From positions 224,001 to 288,000 of the forward strand of contig JBILLK010000001.1 in the NCBI GenBank assembly GCA_044376115.1: 64,000 nucleotides of DNA, given 5' to 3'. The stretch comes from Polyangiaceae bacterium (GTDB lineage Bacteria > Myxococcota_A > Polyangia > Polyangiales > Polyangiaceae). The first letter of the stretch is position 1. The number at the start of each line of letters is the position of its first letter. Shown here one piece after another: positions 8,519-18,627 of this stretch. The notes beneath the pieces are model-generated. The model did not search any database. It worked only from the letters and a program-made list of their open reading frames with translations, and was not told the origin of the DNA. The position numbers were made by a program, and so were the translations under genes.

Positions 8519-10330
8519 ATGCGCGAGCCTGCCACGCCGGAAGACGAGATTGCACGCGGCGGGCGCTTGGCTGGTGCAGCTCCGAGCGCCGAGTTCGAGC
8601 CGGAGCTTCCGGCGCCCCGGGAGTATCGCCCTCGGCCCTCGCGCAGGAAGGGCGTGCTCGTTGCTGCGGGCACGGCGGTGGTATTTGCCAGCGCTTTGGG
8701 GGCGTTTGGTCTGCACCAACGCCGAACGGCTGTGGAGGCGGCGGAGCGCGGTCATGCGGATCTCTTGCAGTGCTTGATCGGCGAATCAGCGGACTCTCCT
8801 GATGAAGCGGTGCTGTTCCTGAGACGGCATCAAGTTGCGCTGATGACTCGTAGCGAGGAAGCGCGTGGTGGCAAAGGCGCTGCCTGGCCGGAGCGCTGTG
8901 CCGAACCGGCGCTGCGCGTCGCGAAGGCGGCGGGTCCTGCTGGCTTTGCCGTGGTGGGCAACAAGGGGCTAGGCCCCGATGCCGCAGCGCTGGCCGAGCT
9001 GCTCACAGATCAGGGCTTCTCTCCAAAGCTGTGGGATGCGCTGCACAGCTACCTCGACTCGGCAAAGCGCGAACGACTCCGCTCGCGCACCTCGCTGGTA
9101 TTGCCGCCGCCGGCACACCCACGGGCGTTGACCCTCGATGACCTTCCGCCGAGCGCTTTTGTCACGCGCTCCGCGGTGCCGCTACGCAGCCTCGAGACCA
9201 GCTCCTTTCCGAGCGACCAAGCGTTCTTCTTCGTCGACCATCGCGAGGCCAAGGGACCGTTTGTCTGCTTCGTACGCAACACGCAGTTAGCCTGTGAACA
9301 CGTCGCCCCGACGCTGCGCAAAGCGAAGCGACTTCATGTCCTCGGGACCGCCGATCCAGGCGTTGCGCCGCTGTTGATTGAGGAGGCAGGCGGCGTTTAT
9401 CGCTCGGACACCGGCAGTCGAGTGGAGAAGCTCGCCGCAACCAGCGCCTATCGCCGAAGAGACCAGCTCGTAGTTCTCCTCGGCCTACAGGAGGGCCGCG
9501 TCACTTACGCGATTCAACGCAAAGACAACGGGCCAACGGTAGCGCTGGATCTAGTCGAGGAGCTCACCAGGCTTTTCGACGGCGAGCTCGAGCAACTGGA
9601 GCCCGCCCGGGATTTGCTACTCGCGCATGGTCAGCTGTTCGTGCGCAAGAGAGACCAAAACGGCTCCAACCTTTTTGCCCTCGCAGTCACCGAGGACGGC
9701 CGTCTGGGGTCCCCTCGAGATCTGGGGATGCCCGACGTGAGCGGACCGCTCGCAGACGCGCTTTACGGGTGCAGCTCGAAGGAGGGCCTCGTGCTGCGCG
9801 TGCACGGAGCGCAAGCCGACGCCGTAGCGACGCTGAACGGCGGGCGGCTCAGCACCTGGGCGACAACCGATGCACGACTGCAGGGAGCTGACGTTGCGAA
9901 AAGCTGTGAGCCGGGGAGCTATCGGACGTTCACAGCCAACGCCGTTCAGACTTGCCGTGGAGCAAGCTGTGACACGCAGCGTTTACGCTTCGAGCCGAAG
10001 GCCGAACTGGCTGCGCGGCCAGGTACCCGAAGCCTCGCGCCCATCGCCGGCGATCTGCTCTTCGTGTGGGCGGCGGCGGAGCTTGGTGCGGTGCGCACGA
10101 AGCGCGGCAGCAGCACCACCATCGACGAGAGCGACGACAGCGTCCTTTTCGACGATCGCATCGTGGATGGGAAGCTGAGCGAGCTACCGAGCGTTAGCGA
10201 GCTTCGCGTTTGGGGTGGGGAAAGCGGCGCCCTGGTGTTGATGCAAACCGCAAAAGGGCTTGCTTCCCTGAGCCTTCAGGCTGACGGAACCGTGCAACCC
10301 ACGCCGGTCGAGTGGGACGCAGGCCGCTAA
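8519..10330 (+). CDS. Hypothetical single-pass membrane protein (paralogue of the next gene)
   Basis: 603 aa; N-terminal TM; CLIGE...WPERCA motif; beta-rich C-terminal region. Confidence 0.75.
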   Translation: MREPATPEDEIARGGRLAGAAPSAEFEPELPAPREYRPRPSRRKGVLVAAGTAVVFASALGAFGLHQRRTAVEAAERGHADLLQCLIGESADSPDEAVLFLRRHQVALMTRSEEARGGKGAAWPERCAEPALRVAKAAGPAGFAVVGNKGLGPDAAALAELLTDQGFSPKLWDALHSYLDSAKRERLRSRTSLVLPPPAHPRALTLDDLPPSAFVTRSAVPLRSLETSSFPSDQAFFFVDHREAKGPFVCFVRNTQLACEHVAPTLRKAKRLHVLGTADPGVAPLLIEEAGGVYRSDTGSRVEKLAATSAYRRRDQLVVLLGLQEGRVTYAIQRKDNGPTVALDLVEELTRLFDGELEQLEPARDLLLAHGQLFVRKRDQNGSNLFALAVTEDGRLGSPRDLGMPDVSGPLADALYGCSSKEGLVLRVHGAQADAVATLNGGRLSTWATTDARLQGADVAKSCEPGSYRTFTANAVQTCRGASCDTQRLRFEPKAELAARPGTRSLAPIAGDLLFVWAAAELGAVRTKRGSSTTIDESDDSVLFDDRIVDGKLSELPSVSELRVWGGESGALVLMQTAKGLASLSLQADGTVQPTPVEWDAGR

Positions 10331-10352
10331 AAAAACCGAACTCATTCCTTCC

Positions 10353-11933
10353 ATGTCGACGCTCAAAAAGGCCGCACCCTTTGTTGTTCTCCTGACCATT
10401 GGTGGTCTGTTCGCTGGTACCTGGGCCGTGTACTCCGGCACCAAAGAGAAGCAGCGGAAGGCGCGCGAGGACGCCTTTGCTGAGCTCTCGGTTTGTCTGC
10501 TTGGAGAGAAGGTCCCCTCCGGGGACGACACCATCAACGGCATCAACGCGGCGCAAGCGAGGTTGGCTCACGCGGTGGATTCGGCTCGTGGAGCCGTCGA
10601 CGGAAAGCCGTGGCCGCAGCGTTGCGCTGGGGAAGCCAAGTCGATGATGGAGGCGGTTCGGCTGTCGAGCCTGATGGACGAGACCGCCAAGGTGGACCTA
10701 CTCAAGGTGCTTGACGAGCTTGGCAAAGAGCTCGAGCTACCGCGGTCGCAAGACAACTACCTCGCTCGCGGCGTACTCGCCGTTTGGCGCAGCGCCGAGA
10801 AGAGCGGCGTACTGATGGGAGAGGCCAGCAAATCCCAAGGGCCACCGCGTTTGAAGCCGCTTGGAGCGAGCCCCGAGGTTCCTTTCTCGGGTCTCTATTC
10901 GGTTCCTGGAGGCCCGAACTGGGCCTTCCTCACCGACCGCAAAGATAAGCCGGACGTGCTCGCGGCGTGCCATCTGACAGCCAACGATCTCAGCTGCAGA
11001 GAGTTCTCTTCGAGCGGGAAGATCACCACCAACTGCAGTTGGGACAGCTTCGATTACTTGCCGCTCGCCGAAGACCGGCAGTTGAAAGTGCTGCACCAAG
11101 GCCAGCTTGTCCCGGTCGACGTCGGACTCGTGGACAGCTGCCACATCGACGCGGCCGGCAACTTCTACGGCGTTGGCAGCTCCACGGAGGAACGGCAGCT
11201 CATCTTCAAACCGTTCGGCAAGAAGGCCCTGAGCAAGCGGCTCAGTCGCGTGCTCCGCGACGCTGAGCTCGCCGAGGAAGACAACCTTGGAGTCGCTCGT
11301 TTCATCGTCGGTACGACGCTGGTCGTGGATTTGGGTGAGACCCTGCACGCCATCGCGCTCGGCCCGGAGGCAGCGCTCGAGGGAAAGGCCACCAAGCTCG
11401 CGCAGAGCCCCAAAGACCGCTACGAGTTCGTGCGAGCAGGAGCCACTTGGTACCTCCGCACGCTCGGTAGCAGCCTCAGCTTACGGACGTTCGATGGCAA
11501 GGTGCTGGGTGAGCCGGTGGTTCCACCCGCGCCGTTCGTCGGTACGCCCAACCCCTCGGGCTTCCTCTTCACCGCTAGCAGCGTTTGCTCCGCCAAGGGC
11601 TGTCGTTCATGGATCGACGAGACCAGCGCGGAAGCCTTTCGAGTAGGCACCGGTCGCATGCCCAGCCGGGACATGGCGGGAGAACGCTTGGTGCTTGGTT
11701 GGGCTGCCAAGGAGGGGCAAGGGGTCATGCTGCGCGTGAGCGAGCTCGGTGCCCCCGCGCCGGCCGACCAAGACGTGCTGATCTCCGAACGCTCGGATCC
11801 GAAAAACACCGCCATCCTCGTGTTCGGAGACCCGAACGGCGCCATGGTCCTCGCCGAGATCGAAAAGCGTGTCGTCGGCGCCAGGGTCAAGGCTGACGGC
11901 AGCGTCGGCCCCGTGGTGGTCAAGTACGAGTAG
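10353..11933 (+). CDS. Hypothetical single-pass membrane protein (paralogue of the previous gene)
   Basis: 526 aa; N-terminal TM; CLLGE...WPQRCA motif; beta-rich C-terminal region. Confidence 0.8.
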   Translation: MSTLKKAAPFVVLLTIGGLFAGTWAVYSGTKEKQRKAREDAFAELSVCLLGEKVPSGDDTINGINAAQARLAHAVDSARGAVDGKPWPQRCAGEAKSMMEAVRLSSLMDETAKVDLLKVLDELGKELELPRSQDNYLARGVLAVWRSAEKSGVLMGEASKSQGPPRLKPLGASPEVPFSGLYSVPGGPNWAFLTDRKDKPDVLAACHLTANDLSCREFSSSGKITTNCSWDSFDYLPLAEDRQLKVLHQGQLVPVDVGLVDSCHIDAAGNFYGVGSSTEERQLIFKPFGKKALSKRLSRVLRDAELAEEDNLGVARFIVGTTLVVDLGETLHAIALGPEAALEGKATKLAQSPKDRYEFVRAGATWYLRTLGSSLSLRTFDGKVLGEPVVPPAPFVGTPNPSGFLFTASSVCSAKGCRSWIDETSAEAFRVGTGRMPSRDMAGERLVLGWAAKEGQGVMLRVSELGAPAPADQDVLISERSDPKNTAILVFGDPNGAMVLAEIEKRVVGARVKADGSVGPVVVKYE

Positions 11934-11985
11934 CTGGAGAGGAAAGCGCTACCGCGCGCACGGTTGATCGGGCAGCATTGCGCCG

Positions 11986-14900
11986 ATGTCGCGACTTTCA
12001 GGGACTCTTGGCTCGGTAGCGTTTGCGTTGGCGACGAGCTTCGCTGGGACCAGCCTGCTGGGCTGTCACCCCACAGCACCGGTGGCGCCGCTCAATTCAA
12101 ACGCCCAAGGCTCGTCCAAAGCCTTCGTCGCGGCCTTCCATGCCGAGATGCGCGACCCGCTCGCGGCACAGGGTTACTTGGACGCAATCCAATTTGCCGC
12201 CGAGAATCCAGGAGATCCGCACGCACTGGCCACAACGGCGGCGAGCCTGGACGTCCTCGTCGACGGTGGCGTCGGCTTCGCGCTCGCCTATCGCAGCCGC
12301 GAGAACTTTCAGCGCATCGCGATCGGCCTGCGCGAGGCCTGGACGACGCTCGAAGGAGCGAGCGCCGTTTCCGCGCCGTTCCAACGCATGCTCCTCGCCC
12401 GAGCCCTCGCCGGTATGGCGACCTTCACCGGTGAGCAAGGTGGTGCCACCGTTTGGCGCAGTCGACGCGGCTGTGCTGCGGGTGCGACGGTAATCGGGCC
12501 GTTGGATCTTGCGCCGTTGACTGCGCTCGAAGGGCCCAGCAAGACGCCGGGCACCGGGTCACTTCCCGCAGCGTACGAGAGTCCGAACGTCTTCGTTCAA
12601 GCGGCGACCTCGAGCGTTACAGCGGCCGACTGTTCGGTGGAGACCGGCGGCGCGAGCGACAAACCCGGGCTTCGAGAGGTGGTCTTCCACGTCGAGAATC
12701 CGAAGGACCAACGGCTGTCGCTGATGCTCAGCGCGGGTTCGGCGTGGTCGTTGGAGGTCGCTGGCACCAAGCTGATGGAGCGTCGCTTCGACACCGACTG
12801 GGGGACATCGACGGCGTTGGGTCATGTACAGGTGACGAGCGGCCTCGCGCGCATCGTGCTGCGGCTGGCCGATCGCGGAGATGGTGGGCCGGTCGAGTTG
12901 ATGGTGCTCGATCAGAACGGGCTGCCACTGCAGGCTCGCTCGGCCAACGCCGATGAGGCGACGACGTCGCTTGCGTCCAACGCCAACGAGCTTCCGCTGC
13001 TCACCAAGAGCGCTAAAGAGGAGGACATCATCGTGAGTGCCGCAGCGCTGATGGCGATGGGCGACGCTCGGCGCAGCGAGCACCTGCTCGAAGCTGCGCT
13101 GCTTGCGCAACGGGAGAATCGGGCACCGGCGTTGCATCTCTTGTTCATGCGCTCGATGGACCGCGCCTCCGACATGGCCGACTGGGCCAAGACCGAACGG
13201 ATGAAGGCGTCGATCGACGTTGTGCGCAAAGCCGAGCCGAGCTCCTGGGAAGCGAAGAACGCCGCTGCAAACATGTCCCAGCGACGCAAAGGCTTCAGCG
13301 ATGGTGGCTTCGAGGCGCTGGTCGAGCTCGGCATTCGCAAGCCCGACGCAGACCTTTCCGCGCTCAACGTGATGGAGCTCAACCTGGCGCTTTCGCTCGC
13401 GCAACAAGCGAACATGAACGACCTCGCCGAACGCGTCTTCGTCGAGCTGTCGAAGAAGGCGCCGGGCGCTCCGATGGTCGCGGCGATCGAATCGTCGCTC
13501 CATCAACGCAGCGGCAAAGAATGGCTTTCGGTGGCCTGTGAAGGCGGGCTGTCACGAGCTTCAAGCATTTGTGCGGAGGCCCGCCTCTCGCAAGGAGACA
13601 AGCGCGGGGCGCTCGAGGAGTACGCTCGTCTGCGCAAGTTGCTCGGCTCGCCGGAGGCCTATCGCTCTGCCGAGGTGAACATCCTGCAGCAGCTCGGTCA
13701 GGACAAAGAGGCGATCAGCCTGTACTTCTCCTTACCGCGCTGGAACCGCTCGCTCACGTCGATTCTCCCGGCGCTCGTGCGCATGCCCGACCGAGAAGCT
13801 GGGCGCGCCTTGGCGATGAAGGAGCTGATCGAGGACCGCAGCCGCGAGTACACCATTCAAACGGTGGAGCTGGCCTTCAGCGAGCCTTCGGAGGACGCCA
13901 AGCGCTTCGAAGAGGCGGGAAAGCGGTTGGTGGAGGCCGACAAGAAGCAGAACGCGCTTCCGGGTGCCGCAACCGCCGTTCTCAAACACGTCGAACACTA
14001 CGGGATGGACGAGGACGGGCTGACGAAGGTCATCATCTACGACCTGCGCCGAATCGCGGGCACGACCGACGTCGATCGCACTATGTTCGTGGACCAGCCC
14101 ACCGTCGATGGACGCGGCTACGTACGGCCGCTGCGGCGGCGAGTGCACAAGGTGGATGGCCGCGTGCTCGAGGCCGACGTTGCCGGCGGCGGGCTAAGCC
14201 AGCTCGAGAAGGGGGACTACGTCGAGCACTACCTCGAGGGCTATTACCGCCCCAACGAGCTGGGCGAGATCACCGTCGACACGCCGGATCTTCTCCCTGA
14301 GCGAACCAGCGTTGCGGACGCCGAGGTGGTGTTGCGGCTACCGCAGTCCTTCAAGCCGGCGTTCTGGACGCACCCGCTTTTGGGCAAGCCAGTCGAAGAA
14401 ACCAAGGGCAACTATCGCTTCCTCAGCTTCAAGTTGAAGGACCGTGAGGCCCGGCGGATGGAAGACGGGTTGCCCTTCCTCGAGCGCGGCGTTCGCATTT
14501 CCTTCGGCACCCAAACCTGGGACAAAGTTGGGCGCGCCGTGGGCGAAAACATGCGCGGCCTGGTAGACCGGGATCCGTTCATTGCGCGCTTCGCGGAAGA
14601 AGCGCTGGTGGGCGCCGAGGAATCGACGGATGAAGCGGCGACCGTCCGTCGCGTGGTCGAGCACGTCGGGAAGACGGTGAAGGTTGCGAGCGGCGGCGGT
14701 GAGTTCGCCGATTTCGCTGGGTTCTCGGGAGGCGGTGGGCGCGGCATGGCGATGCGCGCCATCGTCGAGGAAGGCACCGGCAGCCGCACCTTCGTGTTGC
14801 TGACGACCTTGCGCGAGCTCGGCATCGACGCCGACGTTGCAGTCTCCGAGGTCGAGCCGTTCTCCGCCGCACCCAACTTTCCCCCGCACCCCGGGCGCTT

Positions 14901-15717
14901 CCAAAAGCCGCTGGTCGTTGCGCACCTCGAGTCGGGCGATTTGTGGATCGACTCGGACGTATCGGGGCCGCCACTACCTCCAGGCCGTGTGAGCCCCGAG
15001 TTGCGCGGACGCCAGGCCATCCTGAGCGACGGTGAGATCGTGCCGGTTCCGGTCCAAGCCGAGACGGCGATCGACACGGTCGCGCTCGATCTCACGCTCG
15101 ATCCAACGGGCACCGCCAAAGGCAAAGTATCGATCGTGCTGCGCAGCCGTGACGCTCAGTCGCTGGCCGAGTCGTTCAACTATGTGGTCGGCAGCGACCG
15201 CACCAACATGCTGCGCAGCGTGGTCGCGAGCTGGCTGCCCTGGGCCAGCATCGACGACGTGCAACTCGTATCGAAGGAAGGCGCTTGGGAGGTCGAACTG
15301 GCAGCTACGGTCACCATTCCCGGCTTTGGCAGCGTGGACACGAAAGACGGTAAGACCTGGGTGATCCCAGGGTACGAGCCGGCGCGCGCTGGGACCCTCG
15401 CGTCCATCTGGGGGACGAAGATCGAGCGGGACAGCAGTCTGAACATCGATATGCCGATCCAATATCAACTCACCCGCACCGTCACGTTGCCGTCGGGCGC
15501 CAAGGTTGAAAAGCTCCCCGCCGGAGTCGATCAGAAGAGCGGCTTCGTTCAAGCCAAGCGCAGCCTTTCGAACGAGGGCAACAAGCTCACCGAGACCTTC
15601 ACCATGAACGTCACCACCGGCACCGTGGATCTCGCTGACTACCGCGCCTTCCTGAAGGACGTGCGTGCGGTGGATGCGGGCTTCCTCTCAGGCGTGCGCG
15701 TTCGCGTGAAAGACTAG
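11986..15717 (+). CDS. Large lipoprotein with TPR-like repeats and a DUF3857/transglutaminase-like/DUF3858-type C-terminal region
   Basis: 1243 aa; lipobox LLG-C; helical repeat middle; KVDGRVLE, LEKGDYVE, LRELGIDA, LTLDPTGTAKG and VTLPSG motifs typical of this architecture. Confidence 0.75.
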   Translation: MSRLSGTLGSVAFALATSFAGTSLLGCHPTAPVAPLNSNAQGSSKAFVAAFHAEMRDPLAAQGYLDAIQFAAENPGDPHALATTAASLDVLVDGGVGFALAYRSRENFQRIAIGLREAWTTLEGASAVSAPFQRMLLARALAGMATFTGEQGGATVWRSRRGCAAGATVIGPLDLAPLTALEGPSKTPGTGSLPAAYESPNVFVQAATSSVTAADCSVETGGASDKPGLREVVFHVENPKDQRLSLMLSAGSAWSLEVAGTKLMERRFDTDWGTSTALGHVQVTSGLARIVLRLADRGDGGPVELMVLDQNGLPLQARSANADEATTSLASNANELPLLTKSAKEEDIIVSAAALMAMGDARRSEHLLEAALLAQRENRAPALHLLFMRSMDRASDMADWAKTERMKASIDVVRKAEPSSWEAKNAAANMSQRRKGFSDGGFEALVELGIRKPDADLSALNVMELNLALSLAQQANMNDLAERVFVELSKKAPGAPMVAAIESSLHQRSGKEWLSVACEGGLSRASSICAEARLSQGDKRGALEEYARLRKLLGSPEAYRSAEVNILQQLGQDKEAISLYFSLPRWNRSLTSILPALVRMPDREAGRALAMKELIEDRSREYTIQTVELAFSEPSEDAKRFEEAGKRLVEADKKQNALPGAATAVLKHVEHYGMDEDGLTKVIIYDLRRIAGTTDVDRTMFVDQPTVDGRGYVRPLRRRVHKVDGRVLEADVAGGGLSQLEKGDYVEHYLEGYYRPNELGEITVDTPDLLPERTSVADAEVVLRLPQSFKPAFWTHPLLGKPVEETKGNYRFLSFKLKDREARRMEDGLPFLERGVRISFGTQTWDKVGRAVGENMRGLVDRDPFIARFAEEALVGAEESTDEAATVRRVVEHVGKTVKVASGGGEFADFAGFSGGGGRGMAMRAIVEEGTGSRTFVLLTTLRELGIDADVAVSEVEPFSAAPNFPPHPGRFQKPLVVAHLESGDLWIDSDVSGPPLPPGRVSPELRGRQAILSDGEIVPVPVQAETAIDTVALDLTLDPTGTAKGKVSIVLRSRDAQSLAESFNYVVGSDRTNMLRSVVASWLPWASIDDVQLVSKEGAWEVELAATVTIPGFGSVDTKDGKTWVIPGYEPARAGTLASIWGTKIERDSSLNIDMPIQYQLTRTVTLPSGAKVEKLPAGVDQKSGFVQAKRSLSNEGNKLTETFTMNVTTGTVDLADYRAFLKDVRAVDAGFLSGVRVRVKD

Positions 15718-16805
15718 TGACGACGCTCGTACTCGAACCGAACGTGGCGCTGGCGCCGCGCACGACGCTGGGCGTTGGGGGGCCGGCGCAGTTTTTTGCA
15801 GAGGTGACGACGAAGGACGCGCTGCTCGAAGCGCTGCGCGTAGTGAAAGAACGCGAGCTTCCGTTCACCGTGTTGGGCGGCGGCTCGAACGTAGTGGTGA
15901 GTGATCGCGGGGTGCCCGGGCTGGTGCTTCGCGTCGCCATCGGTGGGCTGGATTTCGAGCGCGTGGACGGCGGCTTCGTCCAGGTGAAGGTCGGCGCTGG
16001 CGAGAGCTGGGATCGATTCGTCGCCGCGTGCGTCGAACGCGACCTGGCCGGGCTCGAATGCCTCAGCGGTATCCCGGGAGATTGCGGCGGAACGCCGATC
16101 CAAAATGTGGGCGCTTACGGTCAGGAGGTCGCCGACACGATTGTGGACGTCGACACGATCGACGTGGATACGGGCGTCAGCCAAACGGTGGACCGGGAGG
16201 CTTGCGACTTTCGTTACCGCTACAGCCGCTTCAAAGCCGAGTGGCGCGCCGTTCGGATCGTCACCGCGGTCACCTTCAAGCTTCGAGAGAGCGGCGCACC
16301 CTCGCTGCGCTACGGCGAACTGACCCAGCGCTTCGGCGAACACAAGCCGACCTTGGCCGAGACTCGCGCCGCGGTGCTCGAACTGCGCCGTGCGAAGTCG
16401 ATGGTGCTCGATGCGAGCGACGAGAACACGAAGAGCGCCGGTTCGTTCTTCACCAACCCCATCGTCAGCGAGGCGCAGGCGGAGGAGGTCGAGCAGCGTG
16501 CGCGCGGCCTCGGCGCCCAGCTCAAGATGCCTCGCTTCCCTTCGAGCGAGGGCACCAAGCTCGCGGCTGGCTGGTTGATTGAGAACGCCGGCTTCGCCAA
16601 AGGAACCTCCTTCGGCCGAGTTGGCCTCTCGACGCGTCACGCGCTCGCGTTGGTCAATCGCGGCGGCGCCAGCGCAGAGGACGTGCGGCAGGCCGCATTG
16701 ACGATCAAGCGCGGCGTGTTCGACGCTTTCGGGGTAAAGCTCGTGCCTGAGCCTGAATGGCTTGGCTTCAACGACGATGAGCTAGCCGAACTGCGCGCGC
16801 GCTGA
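15717..16805 (+). CDS. murB: UDP-N-acetylenolpyruvoylglucosamine reductase
   Basis: TTLGVGGPA, LGGGSN, GLECLSGIPG, PIQNVGAYG, FRYRYSRFK, SAGSFFTNP, HALALVN and LVPEP motifs; GTG start overlaps the upstream TAG. Confidence 0.97.
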   Translation: MTTLVLEPNVALAPRTTLGVGGPAQFFAEVTTKDALLEALRVVKERELPFTVLGGGSNVVVSDRGVPGLVLRVAIGGLDFERVDGGFVQVKVGAGESWDRFVAACVERDLAGLECLSGIPGDCGGTPIQNVGAYGQEVADTIVDVDTIDVDTGVSQTVDREACDFRYRYSRFKAEWRAVRIVTAVTFKLRESGAPSLRYGELTQRFGEHKPTLAETRAAVLELRRAKSMVLDASDENTKSAGSFFTNPIVSEAQAEEVEQRARGLGAQLKMPRFPSSEGTKLAAGWLIENAGFAKGTSFGRVGLSTRHALALVNRGGASAEDVRQAALTIKRGVFDAFGVKLVPEPEWLGFNDDELAELRAR

Positions 16806-16824
16806 AGCGAACGGCGGACACGCG

Positions 16825-16863
16825 AAACCCTGCCGAGAACCTAACGGGCTCCGGGCAGGGTTT
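16825..16863. terminator. Probable bidirectional intrinsic terminator between convergent genes
   Basis: AAACCCTGCC ... GGCAGGGTTT, a 10-bp perfect inverted repeat. Confidence 0.7.
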
Positions 16864-16884
16864 GAGCGGCTGCTAGTGATGCTG

Positions 16885-18558
16885 CTATTTGATGTTGACG
16901 GTCTTCGACACGGTGACCGGTGCGCCGCTGAACGGCGGAACCTTCAGACCGCGGAAGGCGCCAGCGATACAGCTGCCGACCGGCGTTCCCGCGAAGGGCG
17001 CGCCGACGGTTGCTTGTGTGGCCTTTCCACTGGGAGCAAAGGTGACTTGCACCTTCGCGGAGCCAGTCGGGCCGTCGGGCTTCTTGCAGCCCTTGGCCGA
17101 CCCTGCAGCACCGTTGAGAGCCGAGGAGGCCGCGCCGCGATCAAACGGAGTGTCTCCGCCTGAAGCTGGCTTGCCCGTATCCGCTGGCGGCGGCTCCGGG
17201 TTGTCAGGCTTGGTGGTAGTAGCCGTGGTGTCTGGCTTGGCGGCAGTCGTGGTGCTCGTGTTGGTCGTCGTGGCAGTGGCCTTGGGATCCGCGCTGGCGG
17301 TTGGCTCTGCACTAGTGCTGGTGCTGGTGTTGGTCGCCGTGGCGATCGGCTCGGAGGTCGGCGGGCCCTTGGCAGTGTCTGCCGGAGTGGTCGTCGTCTC
17401 TTTGGCCTTGGCTGTTTCAGCGGGCTTGCCATCAGCTGGTGCCGACGTGGGCTTGGTGTCCTTGTCGCCGGAGTCCTTGCCGCTCATCACGAACAGCCCG
17501 ATCGCCCCGAGCAGCGCGATCACGCCAACAGCCGCAAGGATGATCGGCACGGGGCTCTTCTTCTGAGGCGCCTGTTGGTAAGCCATCATGGGCATGGCCG
17601 CGACGGGCGCCGTGCTCACCGGGGGAGGTGGCGGCGGCGCTTCGATCACGGGCGCATTCATGGGCGGCGGAGCCAACATCGGCGCGGCGTTCACCGAGCC
17701 GAGGCTCATGATGTCGTCGACGCGTTCGCTGGTATCGAAAGCTCCAGCGCGCGCGCTCGTGTTCTTGGCAGCGTTCTCCGCTGCCGTTAGGTCCTTCAAC
17801 GAGAACAGCACGCTCGTCTCGTTGCGTTCACCGACGTGCTTGTCTCCAAGGCCGGGGGGCATTGGTGCCGCAGGGCGCGCGACGTCTTCCTGCAGGCCGC
17901 CGCCAAACAGATCGACGGAGGCTCGACTTGCGCGCTTCGCAGCGTTGGCTGCTGCAGTGCTTGCCGCACTCGAAGCTGCAGCCGCAGCTTGCCCACCGAA
18001 GGGCGCCGCTGCAGCTTGCCCACCAAAAGGTGCTGCTGCAGCCTGTTGCCCACCGAACGGTGCTGCTGCAGCTTGTTGCCCGCCGAACGGTGCAGCGGCG
18101 AAGGGCGTCGGCGTACCAGCAGGCTCATACCCGCCGCCCGCTTGGCCCGTTGCCGCGAGCAGCGGCATCAGCTCAGGAACTTGTGCGAGGGGAAGCCAGT
18201 CCCCCATGCCGTCCTTCCAAACGTACGTATCAGCGGTCAACAGACCGCTGCCGTAATCAGCCAAGATCTGCGCCGTCGTCATCGTGCGCTGATCGTCGTC
18301 GGTGACACTTACCGTCCATTCATCCGGGTTCGCTGAACCCTGCTCCTGTGGCGGACGAGTGGCGAGTTGCGTGGCTTGATCTTCACCGCCGTACGCACCT
18401 CCACTCTCCGCTGATAGTTGTGCAAGAACCGAGGGATCGTTGCCGTTGACAACAATCGTGCTCGAACACTTCTTACACTTGATCTTGATGACCTTGCCGA
18501 CGACCTTCTCGTCGGCGATCGTGTACTTCGCCGCGCAGGACTGACACGAGATTTTCAT
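16885..18558 (-). CDS. Zinc-ribbon + GYF_2 + TM + TonB-C-like protein (AgmX/GltJ gliding-motility-type architecture)
   Basis: MKISCQSC...IKCKKC zinc ribbon; TYVWKDGMGDWLPLAQVPEL GYF_2; ERNETSVLFSL; TM helix; Thr/Pro linker; C-terminal VQVTFAPSG...VGSCIAGAFRGLKVPPF. Confidence 0.85.
   Translation of the reverse strand: MKISCQSCAAKYTIADEKVVGKVIKIKCKKCSSTIVVNGNDPSVLAQLSAESGGAYGGEDQATQLATRPPQEQGSANPDEWTVSVTDDDQRTMTTAQILADYGSGLLTADTYVWKDGMGDWLPLAQVPELMPLLAATGQAGGGYEPAGTPTPFAAAPFGGQQAAAAPFGGQQAAAAPFGGQAAAAPFGGQAAAAASSAASTAAANAAKRASRASVDLFGGGLQEDVARPAAPMPPGLGDKHVGERNETSVLFSLKDLTAAENAAKNTSARAGAFDTSERVDDIMSLGSVNAAPMLAPPPMNAPVIEAPPPPPPVSTAPVAAMPMMAYQQAPQKKSPVPIILAAVGVIALLGAIGLFVMSGKDSGDKDTKPTSAPADGKPAETAKAKETTTTPADTAKGPPTSEPIATATNTSTSTSAEPTASADPKATATTTNTSTTTAAKPDTTATTTKPDNPEPPPADTGKPASGGDTPFDRGAASSALNGAAGSAKGCKKPDGPTGSAKVQVTFAPSGKATQATVGAPFAGTPVGSCIAGAFRGLKVPPFSGAPVTVSKTVNIK
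17975..18105 (-). repeat. Degenerate coding repeat (AAAPFGGQ[Q]A) x4
   Basis: Seen in the translation of 16885..18558. Confidence 0.8.
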
Positions 18559-18627
18559 GCCCTAGACCTCCAGCGGCGTTCCACGTGCTGATTCGCCACC
18601 CGGGATAAAGTTTCCAATGATTCGGTC

